A DNA stretch of 32,000 bases, taken from contig JAIZWK010000001.1 of NCBI GenBank assembly GCA_021498095.1, positions 1,470,001 to 1,502,000 of the forward strand, written 5' to 3'. The translations under genes were made by a program, and so were the position numbers. Of this stretch, positions 7,466 through 17,537 are shown in pieces (within the stretch, counting starts at the first letter, position 1; every line of letters starts with the position of its first letter). Source of the stretch: Candidatus Harpocratesius repetitus. Its GTDB lineage: Archaea; Asgardarchaeota; Lokiarchaeia; Sigyniarchaeales; Promethearchaeaceae. The notes beneath the pieces were generated by a model. It had not been told where the DNA came from. It ran no database searches and was given only the letters and a program-made list of their open reading frames with translations.

Positions 7466-9130
7466 ATGCCTTTACCATCTTTGAATATTTTTGAAAAAAT
7501 GCGGGGATTATATACCCCTGTAATAAATATTAGGCGTCACGTTCTCTCTGAAGTAGGAAGAATGGTTGTCGAAGGAAGACCTCCACATTACATTGAAGAA
7601 ATACCTTATCGAGTAATTCCTAAATCAACACCAACTTATCGTGAATCTGTTTTCAAAGAAAGAGCAATTGTTAGAGAGCGGGTACGCTTAGCTTTTGGTA
7701 TGGATTTAAAGGAATACGGGGCCCATGGACCAATTCATGATGATGAAGTTGTTGAATGCATGAAACCTATTAAAATTCTTAAGCGGCCTATTGTTAATGT
7801 GATTAAAATCGGCTGCGAACGCTGTCCAGAAGAATCTTATTGGGTAACAAATCTCTGTCGCGGTTGTATTGCTCATCCTTGTGTAACTGTTTGTCCTAAA
7901 AATGCAGTTTCAATTCAAAATGGGCGTTCAGTTATCAATCAAGATTTGTGTATTCAATGTGGGAGATGTGCACAAGTATGTCCATATAATGCTATTGCCT
8001 TCCGCGAACGACCTTGTGCTTCTGCTTGTGGTGTCAATGCTATCGGTTCAGATGAAGAAGGCTATGCAAAAATTAATTACGAGAAATGTGTTTCATGCGG
8101 TCTTTGCATTGTTTCATGTCCATTTGGTGCAATAGCAGAAAAGTCCGAAATTGCCCAGATTATTTCATCCTTAAAAGCTGGAAAGAGGGTTTATGCTGAA
8201 ATTGCTCCTGCTTTTGTTAATCAGTTTGGACCATTAGTCACTCCTCCTAAAATTGTTGCTTCTTTGAAAAAAATGGGTTTTAAAGATGTAGTTGAAGTAG
8301 CTGCAGGTGCAGATAGAGTTGTTTTACAAGAAGCTCATGAATTAATAGAACTCATAAAGAAGCGTAAATCATACAGAATAGAAACAAGTAAAAAGAAAAA
8401 TCAGAATCTACCAGATAATTTAGAAAGTAATTTGAATATAGATTCGAAAGAAGTAGAAGATTCAGTGATAGATAGTACTGTAAACAAGACTTTTGTTGGA
8501 ACAAGCTGTTGCACTTCTTGGACATTGGCTGCAGAAAAGAATTTTCCTGAAATCACCGCTGCAAATATCAGTGAATCATTTGCACCAATGGTAGAAGCGG
8601 CTAAAATAATCAAAGAAAAAGACCATGAAGCCGTTGTAGTCTTTATCGGCCCTTGTATAGCAAAAAAAGAAGAGTGTTTTATTCCAAAAGTTGCTGAAGT
8701 TGTCGATTACGTAATGACTTTTGAAGAATTAGCAGCAGTTTTTCAAGCTTTTCATATTGATCCCACCAAAGTACCTCCAGATAATGATCTTCAAGATGCA
8801 TCTTCCCTTGGACGGGGATTTTCAGTTGCAGGAGGTGTTGCTGCAGCAGTAATTAAACAAACAAAAAAGATGCTTGAAGCGGATATTACCATTCCTCATG
8901 TATCAGTTGATACACTAAAAGAATGCATGGCATTGTTAAAAAAAGTAAAGCAGAATCGACTTGATCCTGCTCCCCTTTTAGTGGAAGGTATGGCATGTCC
9001 TTATGGCTGTATAGGTGGACCTGGAACGTTAGCTCCCTTGAATCGGGCAAAACGCGCTGCCCAGAAATATGCAAAGGAAGCCATCCATGAATATCCATCC
9101 GATTTTTCTTCAGCTGAATCTGATACTTGA
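7466..9130 (+). CDS. [FeFe]-hydrogenase (group B-like) with ferredoxin-type Fe-S motifs
   Basis: H-cluster motifs TSCCTSW, GPCIAKKEE and EGMACPYGCIGG. Three CxxCxxxxC/CxxCxxC ferredoxin motifs (CRGCIAHPC, CIQCGRC, CVSCGLC). Confidence 0.9.
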   Translation: MPLPSLNIFEKMRGLYTPVINIRRHVLSEVGRMVVEGRPPHYIEEIPYRVIPKSTPTYRESVFKERAIVRERVRLAFGMDLKEYGAHGPIHDDEVVECMKPIKILKRPIVNVIKIGCERCPEESYWVTNLCRGCIAHPCVTVCPKNAVSIQNGRSVINQDLCIQCGRCAQVCPYNAIAFRERPCASACGVNAIGSDEEGYAKINYEKCVSCGLCIVSCPFGAIAEKSEIAQIISSLKAGKRVYAEIAPAFVNQFGPLVTPPKIVASLKKMGFKDVVEVAAGADRVVLQEAHELIELIKKRKSYRIETSKKKNQNLPDNLESNLNIDSKEVEDSVIDSTVNKTFVGTSCCTSWTLAAEKNFPEITAANISESFAPMVEAAKIIKEKDHEAVVVFIGPCIAKKEECFIPKVAEVVDYVMTFEELAAVFQAFHIDPTKVPPDNDLQDASSLGRGFSVAGGVAAAVIKQTKKMLEADITIPHVSVDTLKECMALLKKVKQNRLDPAPLLVEGMACPYGCIGGPGTLAPLNRAKRAAQKYAKEAIHEYPSDFSSAESDT

Positions 9131-9210
9131 TTGGAAAGAATTTTTTCGGATGTATATTAAAAGGCAGAATTTCGAAAAATTTTGAATTCATTCACTACTA
9201 TTTTATCAGA

Positions 9211-11934
9211 TTATTTGGAACTGCCTGGATTTTGATTGTTTTTTGCCGATTTTATTGCATTCTGAATCGTTTTTCGTAACTCTGTCATAGTAAATGGCTT
9301 TTGAAGAACTTCATTAAATCCATACTCTAGATATCGACTAAGAATTTTTTCATTTGAATATCCACTTGCAACTATTGCAATAATATTCGGATCAATCTCT
9401 CTAAGGTATGGTAGTGTCTCTCTGCCTCCCATTCCTCCTGGAATTGTTAAATCCAAAATTACTAATTGAAATGGCTTTTTTTCTATCCATGCTTCTTGAA
9501 AAAGTTTAATTGCTTCGTGTCCATCATTGGCAATACTAATTGTACAACCCCACTTTGTCAATATTTTACTCAGTGTGGTTCTAATGGCTAAATCATCTTC
9601 TAAAATTAGGATATTAAAAGCACAAAAATCTTCAGTTTCATTTTCAAAAATAGAATTCAGTGAACTTGAAGCGCTACATGGTAAATAAAAATAAAAAATA
9701 CTGCCTTTTCCTACTTCAGAAGTAAATCCGATGTGACCGTTATGCTTTTGGATGATAGAATAGCACGTTGCTAATCCTAATCCATTTCCTCTGGGTTTTA
9801 ATGTGAAATACGGAGTAAATATTTTTTCAAAATACTGAGGATCAATACCGATTCCTTCATCAATTACTTCACATTTTAAATAATCACCTGCAGGATGTGG
9901 AATTTTTGACTTTTCAGTTATTGTCTCTTTATATGCTTTTATCGTAATATTTCCTCCAGATGGCATAGCCTGTTGAGCATTAATTAAAAAATTATTCAAA
10001 ACTTGTGAAATTTGGCTTGCATCAATTTCGACTAAAGGAAGGGGTGATTCCAATTCAATAGTTGCTTGGCAATTGCTTCCGTGCATAATAAAATCTACGA
10101 CTTCTTGGATTAGGTTTTCCATATCTGTCAATTTAATTACCGGATCGCCCCCCTTTGAAAATGTTAGCAGTTGGTTTGTTATTCCACGTGCTCTGATGAC
10201 GGATTTTTCAAGCATTGCTAATGTTTCTCTTAAAAAGGGGGTTAAATCTTCTTCCATCTGCAGTAAATTGATGTTTCCAAGTAAACCCATTAAAATGTTA
10301 TTAAAATCATGAGCGATACCTCCAGCAATAATTGCAAGAGATTCGAGTTTTTGCTGCCGGAGGCGATTCTCTTCTTCAAGTTTTTGCTCTGAGATATTTT
10401 CAAATATTATAAAAGCTGTGTTTTCATTTGCCATAATTAAATGAATAGAAATTTCTAGCTTTTCACCGGTTTTTGTTTCCATCATAATACTTTTTGGACT
10501 TTTTTGAACTTTTTCTACTTCATTTGTACTTGAAAGTATATTTTTCCAGTATTGCTTAATTTTTTCTCGATAATCCTCATCAGAAATACTTAATTGAAAC
10601 CAATCATCAGTTGAAGTGATTTCTGCTTTATCGTATCCAAATAATCGTTGAAATGCTTGATTGATATAAACAATTTTATTTGGTAAGACTACAGATACTA
10701 TTGGAAAAGGTAATAAATCCGCAAGAGCGCGGAATTCCATAATTTGCTTTTGGATAGAATCGATCATCGAATTAAAATTCTTTCGAAGTTGATGTAGTTC
10801 TTTTCCACCAGATGAAACTGCTATTGGTTCATAAATTCCTTTCCGAACATCATTTGTTTGTGTGATAAAGGAATTTATTGAACGTGATATCGATTTTGCT
10901 GATATCAAAAAAAGTAATGTGAGTAAAAGCAAAGAAAGTACACTAATTCCAATAGAAATTAACAATATTCTTTGAATTTCATTTTGAATTTCTGAATATG
11001 GTATTTGGATATATAAGGACCAATTGACGTTTGTTGCAGAGATAGGTTTACCAAATAGTAAAAAAAAGGAATTACTCTGATTATTATAATAATTTCCAAC
11101 ATAATGATTTTGGGAGTTCTCATAACAAAAATTAATCCAATCTTCATTAATTAGTGCATTTATTTCATGAGCACCTGTTACATTTATGAATTCTGAAAAT
11201 GCCAAACCAATATAATTATTAGTATCGGTTGCAACAATACGCTGAGTGTGATCTGCATTTTCAACAACAAATGCTGATCGACTAGAATTTGAACCAATTT
11301 GAGAAATATACGAACTAATCTGACTTAATGCAATATCTGTTCCCACCATTCCAATAACATTCCCCGATTCATTCAAAATTGGACAAACTAAAGATATCAT
11401 CCATATTTGCATAAAATCTTTATCGAAATATGCTTTAGTAATTGCAAATTCTCTCTTTTTTAATGGAAGATCATACCAACTTTGATTAGCGTTTTGATAT
11501 GCACTTTTTGGATAAACTCTGGTAGTGATTTTAGAATTATTACGAAAAGTTACAGTTAAATTACCAATTGATTTATAAGCAACATATACATTATGGATTT
11601 CTAGATTAATTTCTAAAATCTTCGCGAACCAATCAGGAAAAATATCTTCAGTTCCATTAATAATTGAAGGATTTAAAGCTAAATTTTTTGGAATTTTTCC
11701 GACTCGATTCAGAAGTTCATCAATTGATTTTGCATAATTATCTAAAACTTCATTGATTTCTTGCTCTTTTCCCTGCCACGTTAAATCTTGTACTCTATTT
11801 ATGTAAAAAATTTGTGTTAATAAAGTAGTAACTAAAATTGGTAATAAACCAAAAATTACGAAACGCTCCATCAACGGAAGTCTAGAAAAAATACTATGAA
11901 AAGATGAACGTTCGCGAGGAAGTCTTTTTTTCAT
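9211..11934 (-). CDS. Hybrid sensor histidine kinase/response regulator (Cache-like, HAMP, PAS, HisKA, HATPase, REC)
   Basis: Two TM segments; H-box GGIAHDFNNIL; N-box NFLINAQQA; DEGIGI and GNGLGL G-boxes; receiver ILEDD, LDLTIPG and KPF. Confidence 0.92.
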   Translation of the reverse strand: MKKRLPRERSSFHSIFSRLPLMERFVIFGLLPILVTTLLTQIFYINRVQDLTWQGKEQEINEVLDNYAKSIDELLNRVGKIPKNLALNPSIINGTEDIFPDWFAKILEINLEIHNVYVAYKSIGNLTVTFRNNSKITTRVYPKSAYQNANQSWYDLPLKKREFAITKAYFDKDFMQIWMISLVCPILNESGNVIGMVGTDIALSQISSYISQIGSNSSRSAFVVENADHTQRIVATDTNNYIGLAFSEFINVTGAHEINALINEDWINFCYENSQNHYVGNYYNNQSNSFFLLFGKPISATNVNWSLYIQIPYSEIQNEIQRILLISIGISVLSLLLLTLLFLISAKSISRSINSFITQTNDVRKGIYEPIAVSSGGKELHQLRKNFNSMIDSIQKQIMEFRALADLLPFPIVSVVLPNKIVYINQAFQRLFGYDKAEITSTDDWFQLSISDEDYREKIKQYWKNILSSTNEVEKVQKSPKSIMMETKTGEKLEISIHLIMANENTAFIIFENISEQKLEEENRLRQQKLESLAIIAGGIAHDFNNILMGLLGNINLLQMEEDLTPFLRETLAMLEKSVIRARGITNQLLTFSKGGDPVIKLTDMENLIQEVVDFIMHGSNCQATIELESPLPLVEIDASQISQVLNNFLINAQQAMPSGGNITIKAYKETITEKSKIPHPAGDYLKCEVIDEGIGIDPQYFEKIFTPYFTLKPRGNGLGLATCYSIIQKHNGHIGFTSEVGKGSIFYFYLPCSASSSLNSIFENETEDFCAFNILILEDDLAIRTTLSKILTKWGCTISIANDGHEAIKLFQEAWIEKKPFQLVILDLTIPGGMGGRETLPYLREIDPNIIAIVASGYSNEKILSRYLEYGFNEVLQKPFTMTELRKTIQNAIKSAKNNQNPGSSK

Positions 11935-12140
11935 TTAAATCACAAAAGTCATAAATTTTAATGTCGCTAAAATTGAATAATTTGGTTTCGCTTTTTTTCC
12001 CAAATCACCAATATAAATTAATAGATTTCTGCCTAAATAGTTATCATTCGTAAATTAATTAACAAAATTAACGATGTTTTCCTAATTTGCTTTTGTATTG
12101 AGAAGAAGAAAAAAAAAGAATTAAGCGCATTATAAAAGAA

Positions 12141-13451
12141 TTAAGCGCCTTTTTCAATATTTAAGACCACACCAACAGATACGGTACGACCCATATCTCG
12201 TACTGCAATCCGACCAATTTCAGGGAAATCTTTGTATTTTTCAAGTGGGAATTTCTTGATTGGTTGGAGTTTAACAATAGCAGCATCGCCTTTCTTGATA
12301 AATTGAGGATTGTCTTCTAAAACTTGTCCGGTTTTTCCGTCAAGCTTTTTGGAAAGTTCCACAAATTTACAAGCAATTTGGGCAGTGTGAGAGTGAATAA
12401 CAGGAGTATATCCTAAAGCTAATGCTGTTGGATGCCAAATAACAATAATTTGAGCAGTCATGGTGTCTTTTGGAGTAACTACGGTGCATGGTGATTTTGC
12501 ATCAGCAACAACACAACCTCGATAGACATCTTTCATGGTAATACCACGAATGTTGAATCCAACATTGTCACCTGGTTCTGCTGATTGTAAAGCTTCGTGG
12601 TGCATTTCAATTGATCGCAATTCTCCTTTAAAGTTGGTTGGTGCTACTTCAACTTGCATTCCAACTTTCATCATTCCAGTTTCGATTCGACCTACAGGTA
12701 CAACTCCTGCACCTTTAATTTTGTAGACATCTTGAACAGGTAAGCGTAAAGGTTTGTCGATTGGTTTTTCTGGAACAGGTAATTGATCTAATGCTTCTAC
12801 TAAGGTTGGACCTTTCCACCATTTCATGTTTTCAGAAGGTTCAGCTAAGTTATCTCCAACAAAAGCGGATACTGGTAAGAAGGTGACATCTTTTTCGGTG
12901 TTGTAGCCGACTACTTTTAATAAATTCTCAATTTCACCTTTTACTTCATTATAGCGCTCTTCAGAGTAATTTACAGAAGCATCATCCATTTTGTTAATGG
13001 CTAATATAATTTTCTTTACACCAAGAGTTTTGGCTAAGAATGCGTGTTCACGACCTTGACCGTTGTCAGAAATTGCTGCTGCAAATTCACTGGTTTTTGC
13101 AGAGAAAACTAAAATTGCTGCATCGGCTTGGCTGGCTCCAGTAATCATATTTTTAACGAAATCAGCGTGTCCTGGTGCATCAATAATAGTAAAGTATTTG
13201 GTTTTGGTCTCAAATTTGCGGAAAGCCAAATCAATGGTAATTCCACGTTTTCGTTCTTCGGCTAATCGGTCCATGAAATAAGCAAATTTCCAAGATTCAC
13301 GATCTAAGTCTTTTGCCATCTTTTCCATTTCACGGGCTTCACGATCAGAGACTGCACCGGTTTTAATCAATAAATGGCCCATAAGCGTGGATTTTCCATT
13401 ATCGATGTGGCCGATGATAACTAAGTTCATATGTGCTTTTTCTTTTGGCAT
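12141..13451 (-). CDS. tuf: Translation elongation factor EF-1alpha (archaeal type)
   Basis: GHIDNGKST, RGITID, DAPGH and NKMD GTPase motifs; PLRLPVQDVY; GRIAVRDMG. Probable start is the ATG of MPKEK (the track starts 12 nt earlier). Confidence 0.97.
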   Translation of the reverse strand: MPKEKAHMNLVIIGHIDNGKSTLMGHLLIKTGAVSDREAREMEKMAKDLDRESWKFAYFMDRLAEERKRGITIDLAFRKFETKTKYFTIIDAPGHADFVKNMITGASQADAAILVFSAKTSEFAAAISDNGQGREHAFLAKTLGVKKIILAINKMDDASVNYSEERYNEVKGEIENLLKVVGYNTEKDVTFLPVSAFVGDNLAEPSENMKWWKGPTLVEALDQLPVPEKPIDKPLRLPVQDVYKIKGAGVVPVGRIETGMMKVGMQVEVAPTNFKGELRSIEMHHEALQSAEPGDNVGFNIRGITMKDVYRGCVVADAKSPCTVVTPKDTMTAQIIVIWHPTALALGYTPVIHSHTAQIACKFVELSKKLDGKTGQVLEDNPQFIKKGDAAIVKLQPIKKFPLEKYKDFPEIGRIAVRDMGRTVSVGVVLNIEKGA

Positions 13452-14156
13452 ATGTATCATCACACAATGTGTAAGTTTTTACTTCACTAGAGGTGATTCT
13501 GAGGTGCTAAACTGCGGAACGAGTTCGATCGTTGTGCACGCAAAGGATTACCTCTTAGAGAGTATGATAGAAAGTAGTGGAAAGTATTAAAGGATTTGTA
13601 TCACAACATTAACATTTAATTTTAAACGGTAGCTTACTTAAGAAATCATGATAATAATAGGGAAATTCGATAAAAGAAGCGAAAAATAAACATTAGATCA
13701 AAGAAATTTGCTTACTACAGAATAAAGATTGATTTATATTGCAATATAATCCAAGAAATGCAAAATTGTATTGCGAAAATTTAATTGAAAATCATGGAAG
13801 ACAACGCCAAAAAATTAGAATAGATGAAGAATAAACAAATTAAATATGGTAAGTTATGCACAATTATTGTAATCTTTAAGCATTCCAATAATTATAATTG
13901 TTATGATGTTTGATATTAAGTATTATTCGAGATTGTTGTAAAGATGAGTCATTTAGAATTAAAACAAGCTATATTGATCAATATTCAATAATTCAAATAT
14001 GCTATAACTTGATTATCTGTCTAAACTATATGCCTATCGAAAACACTGATTTTCTGCCAATTGAGAGTGTGAAATTTGTGTGAAATCAATGTATGTGAAT
14101 GAAATCCTAATAGTTTAGTTTATAAGTTATATAAAAAATTTTTAAGCGTATTATTT

Positions 14157-14807
14157 TTGTTCACTATTATGATTCCTAATAATCAAGATGTCAGAAATAA
14201 TAAGTCTTTTAAGATTTTTATAACACTTTTTATGTCTCCATTTGTTGGTGTGGGTATTTTTTTAATTCTTCTGGTTTTTAATAAAATTCCTAACATGGAA
14301 ATGGTTTCTACTGAGAGAATCCCGATAGCTTTTTTTACTGTCTTGTGGAATGGTTTTATTTTTATATTTATTTCAGCAATATTTCGAAAGAAAAGACCAC
14401 CCATGGATTATAATCCTGAATTAAGTTATGAAGATAATCCAATGGACGATTCTTCGGTAGATTATCGAGATAATGCTGATTGGGGTGAAGTTGATAATTA
14501 TGATAGCATTGACAAATATGAAAAAGTTGATGATTATGATCGTATGTATGGAGATGAACAGCAGTATATTCCTGAAGACCAAGTAAGGGCATTTACGAGA
14601 AGGAGTTCAGCGGAGCGAATATTTGCTACGATATTTCTCATACCTTTCATTGCAGTTGGGATATTTCTTATCTTAATTGTATTCAATGCTATTCCTTCAA
14701 TGGGGGGCTTAGTTTTATTTGCACGAATTTTTGTTGGATTATTTGCGATTGCATGGAATAGTTTTGTTTGGTATTTTCTTGTATTATTATATCGGAAAAA
14801 TCGATAG
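14157..14807 (+). CDS. Hypothetical membrane protein with two similar TM hairpins and an acidic linker
   Basis: PFVGVGIFLILLVFNKIP...LWNGF and PFIAVGIFLILIVFNAIP...AWNSF repeats around a D/Y-rich linker. Confidence 0.8.
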   Translation: MFTIMIPNNQDVRNNKSFKIFITLFMSPFVGVGIFLILLVFNKIPNMEMVSTERIPIAFFTVLWNGFIFIFISAIFRKKRPPMDYNPELSYEDNPMDDSSVDYRDNADWGEVDNYDSIDKYEKVDDYDRMYGDEQQYIPEDQVRAFTRRSSAERIFATIFLIPFIAVGIFLILIVFNAIPSMGGLVLFARIFVGLFAIAWNSFVWYFLVLLYRKNR

Positions 14808-14882
14808 ATTTTAACTATCTGGTGTTGATAAGTTTCATTTTTGTCTTATCACCATTATTATTATTATTTTTTTGCGAATTTT

Positions 14883-16475
14883 GGCTATTTTTAATAACGA
14901 AGGATCAATTCACTGACACCTCGGTTTGATTTTTTTTCCCAAAATTTTCGTTTAATTGAAATAGTCGTTTAATTCCTGAATTATTCCATTCATAAAAAAG
15001 AATTTTTGGGCTAAATCGGTGTGGAACAATGGTAATTCCTAAGATTTCTGGGTTATTTCTTACGATAATAAATGCCCGAAGTCGCTGTTCTAAACCCTCA
15101 GGTGTTTTAGGGCCTGTTAAATGCACACGAGTCTCAATCACACTATTTATATTCTCCGCTAGATTATTTGATATAGACTTGTGCCAAAATAAGTCTTGTG
15201 TTTCCCTAAAAGCAGCTGCAACTGCGGGAAGCACATCTTTTGCCAGTTTGAGAGTTTTATGAAAAGGGTCAATTTTTGCATATCCCCGTTTTCCTCTGTC
15301 AAAAACTTTAAAAAGTCCTTTCCGCCTCTGCTTCATTTTTGGTTTTAGATTTTTTCTTTGTTTTCCTTGCCAGTTCTTCACTCCTTTTGGTCTTCCTCGT
15401 TTTTTTGATATTGACATGCTCAAATCATCTTCATTCACTAGGTAAAAGTATTCTCTCTTCCCCCGTTTTTTAAAAAAATCGGTTTTAACACCTATTTTGG
15501 TAGTTATTCGCTTTTTCTTTTCATAGTCTATATGCCAAATAACGGCTTTATCATAGGGTTTTTTATGCTTATGAATTATTAAGGTAATTTTACGCATTAA
15601 ATTCTTGCTCATTGTTTGTGTAGCACCCCATGCATCGGCAGTAACTACCTTTATCGGTAATTTTGTATTTCGATTCGCTTCTTCAAAGACTTCACGGATG
15701 TCTCTTTCATTCCTCGTTTTTGAAACCTTTATTCCGAGAATTTTGTGACTGGAATAGCCTGTAAACATGATAATATAAAACGGTACACCGTTTATCCGAA
15801 TGAAAGTTTCATCTGCTGCAACCGCAGTATCATTCGTTAATTCTACAACCAGATTTTTTAATCCCTGCAAATCTGAAATTGTTTTCTCAATTTTAGAACG
15901 TAAATAGCAGACAAAAGCATCAGAAACACCATATTTTTCGGCTATAGCACTCTGGCTGATTTTTCCTTTCATGATTTCTTTTGTCATCTTACCAAGCATG
16001 CCGTCAAGCACTTCTTTGACACCTCCAGATGTAGTCAAGGCAAATTGTCTGGCAGTATTGTGAGTTTTATTGAATGAACATGCAGGATTTTTGCACTGAT
16101 AATATTGAACCCTTCTCCCTTTCCGTTTATGAGTGCCACATAGTCCAACGACAGCGGAGCGACATTCTGGGCATAAAACAGGTATTATTTCCAGTAATTC
16201 CTCCCTTTCATCTTCGATATTGATGTACAATGGCTCGAATAATGGAGGATATTCTTTTTTAGGGCGTCCTACCATAAGATAACACATGATCAATGTGATT
16301 TAAACATTTCCAAAACATCGGTTTACGAACTGACTTGAAATAGATGCTTAAGGTAGTGTACGCTTTGCTCATAAATTTCAACTAAGTTGCCAAAAATAAA
16401 TATTTGAAAGATAATTTGGGAATAATTTAAAAAATATGGCTTCTCTTAATTGATCCTTTATCCTTAAAAATAGTC
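14883..16475 (-). mobile_element. Insertion sequence (DDE; IS6/IS1-like, family uncertain) with 28-bp TIRs and 8-bp TSD
   Basis: Left TIR GGCTATTTTTAATAACGAAGGATCAATT (14883-14910) matches the right TIR (16448-16475) at 23/28. CGAATTTT is duplicated at 14875-14882 and 16476-16483. Confidence 0.88.
14905..16293 (-). CDS. DDE transposase
   Basis: N-terminal Zn ribbon (CPEC...CKNPAC), HTH region, catalytic-type ADETF, TADAW and NNLAENINS segments. The stop codon lies inside the TIR. Confidence 0.88.
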   Translation of the reverse strand: MIMCYLMVGRPKKEYPPLFEPLYINIEDEREELLEIIPVLCPECRSAVVGLCGTHKRKGRRVQYYQCKNPACSFNKTHNTARQFALTTSGGVKEVLDGMLGKMTKEIMKGKISQSAIAEKYGVSDAFVCYLRSKIEKTISDLQGLKNLVVELTNDTAVAADETFIRINGVPFYIIMFTGYSSHKILGIKVSKTRNERDIREVFEEANRNTKLPIKVVTADAWGATQTMSKNLMRKITLIIHKHKKPYDKAVIWHIDYEKKKRITTKIGVKTDFFKKRGKREYFYLVNEDDLSMSISKKRGRPKGVKNWQGKQRKNLKPKMKQRRKGLFKVFDRGKRGYAKIDPFHKTLKLAKDVLPAVAAAFRETQDLFWHKSISNNLAENINSVIETRVHLTGPKTPEGLEQRLRAFIIVRNNPEILGITIVPHRFSPKILFYEWNNSGIKRLFQLNENFGKKNQTEVSVN

Positions 16476-16573
16476 CGAATTTTCTTTATTTATTATTTTT
16501 TCTTTCTTAAAAATCAAGTATACGCATTAATCATAGAATTAGGAGGTTTTAGCAACCTCATGTGTTGATAAGT

Positions 16574-17365
16574 TTAATCAAATAGTTCATTTTCAACATT
16601 TTCATGCTTTGCATAAGTTATATATTCATCATGCCATGTTCTGAAAATTCTTTCTTCATTTTCCAGCTGTTGTAATAGTTGTCGAATTAAAGATTTATCG
16701 ATAGGGGTAAACAGATCAACAATCTCATCGTATGAAGTTTGTCCTAAGCGGTGAATTATATTATATAGAAGTTCTTTAATTACATTTAGTTGAGGTTTTT
16801 GGATTGATTTTATTTGAAATTGAATTTCAGGTGAGAAATAAGCATGCATTGCTTGGCGAATGAGACTGGAGCGCGTGTAGAAATTTTGTTTGGCAAATGA
16901 GTCCCATTCTGCCAAGTCTTCTGAATCAACTCTAAAGGTAAAAGGAATTAATGAGAGATTTTTATCTAATTTTTTATCTGAGTTATTATCTGAGTTTTTA
17001 TCTGAGTTTTTGTTAAGATTCTTGCTCGAATTTTTTTTTTTGATATTATTTTCTTTATTTTTATCAAGAATTGAATTTTTTTTTAATTGAGTTTCAATTG
17101 ATGAAATAAAACTTGAAATAGTAGATTCATGACTGTATATGGAATATGGATTGAGAAATAATGAAATTGCATGAGTGATAATTTGTCCGATAGGTCGATT
17201 TTGAGTTCGGGCAAATGTTTCCCACAAAAATTTTTCATCTGGAGTAATTCTTATTCCAATAACACGAGATGGCACATAATTAATAATATTACATTCAAAT
17301 AAAATTTGGTAACCTTGAAAATCAAATGAAAAATAAAATAACATATATAATAAGATACTTATCAC
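16574..17365 (-). CDS. Putative DNA-binding protein (two ribbon-helix-helix-like segments and a C-terminal winged-helix-like segment)
   Basis: VIGIRITPDEKFLWE..A....IGQII and FTFRVDSEDLAEWD.FA....RSSLIRQAM resemble CopG/RHH repeats. Start uncertain. Confidence 0.6.
   Translation of the reverse strand: MISILLYMLFYFSFDFQGYQILFECNIINYVPSRVIGIRITPDEKFLWETFARTQNRPIGQIITHAISLFLNPYSIYSHESTISSFISSIETQLKKNSILDKNKENNIKKKNSSKNLNKNSDKNSDNNSDKKLDKNLSLIPFTFRVDSEDLAEWDSFAKQNFYTRSSLIRQAMHAYFSPEIQFQIKSIQKPQLNVIKELLYNIIHRLGQTSYDEIVDLFTPIDKSLIRQLLQQLENEERIFRTWHDEYITYAKHENVENELFD
16960..17007. repeat. 12-bp tandem repeat (TTTTATCTGAGT-like, 4 copies) encoding NSDK-type units
   Basis: ttttatctaatt ttttatctgagt tattatctgagt ttttatctgagt. 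Confidence 0.85.
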
Positions 17366-17537
17366 ACTGACATTGGATAAAAATAATCTATATTTTGAGA
17401 AAAAACATTATAAAATAAATTTATGTTTAAAGCTTTTTAATGAAGAATAAACTATTCAACATGAACAAATTACAAAAATGCCATAATTTTATTACATTTA
17501 AAGGATAAATATTATTAAAGGAAGGGAGCCGAACAAG

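Noticed and set aside
13600-14150. Long intergenic region as a hidden UGA-readthrough gene
   Set aside because: The frames I read contain TAA/TAG stops and no Cys-pattern or SECIS hairpin was seen; possibly decayed sequence.
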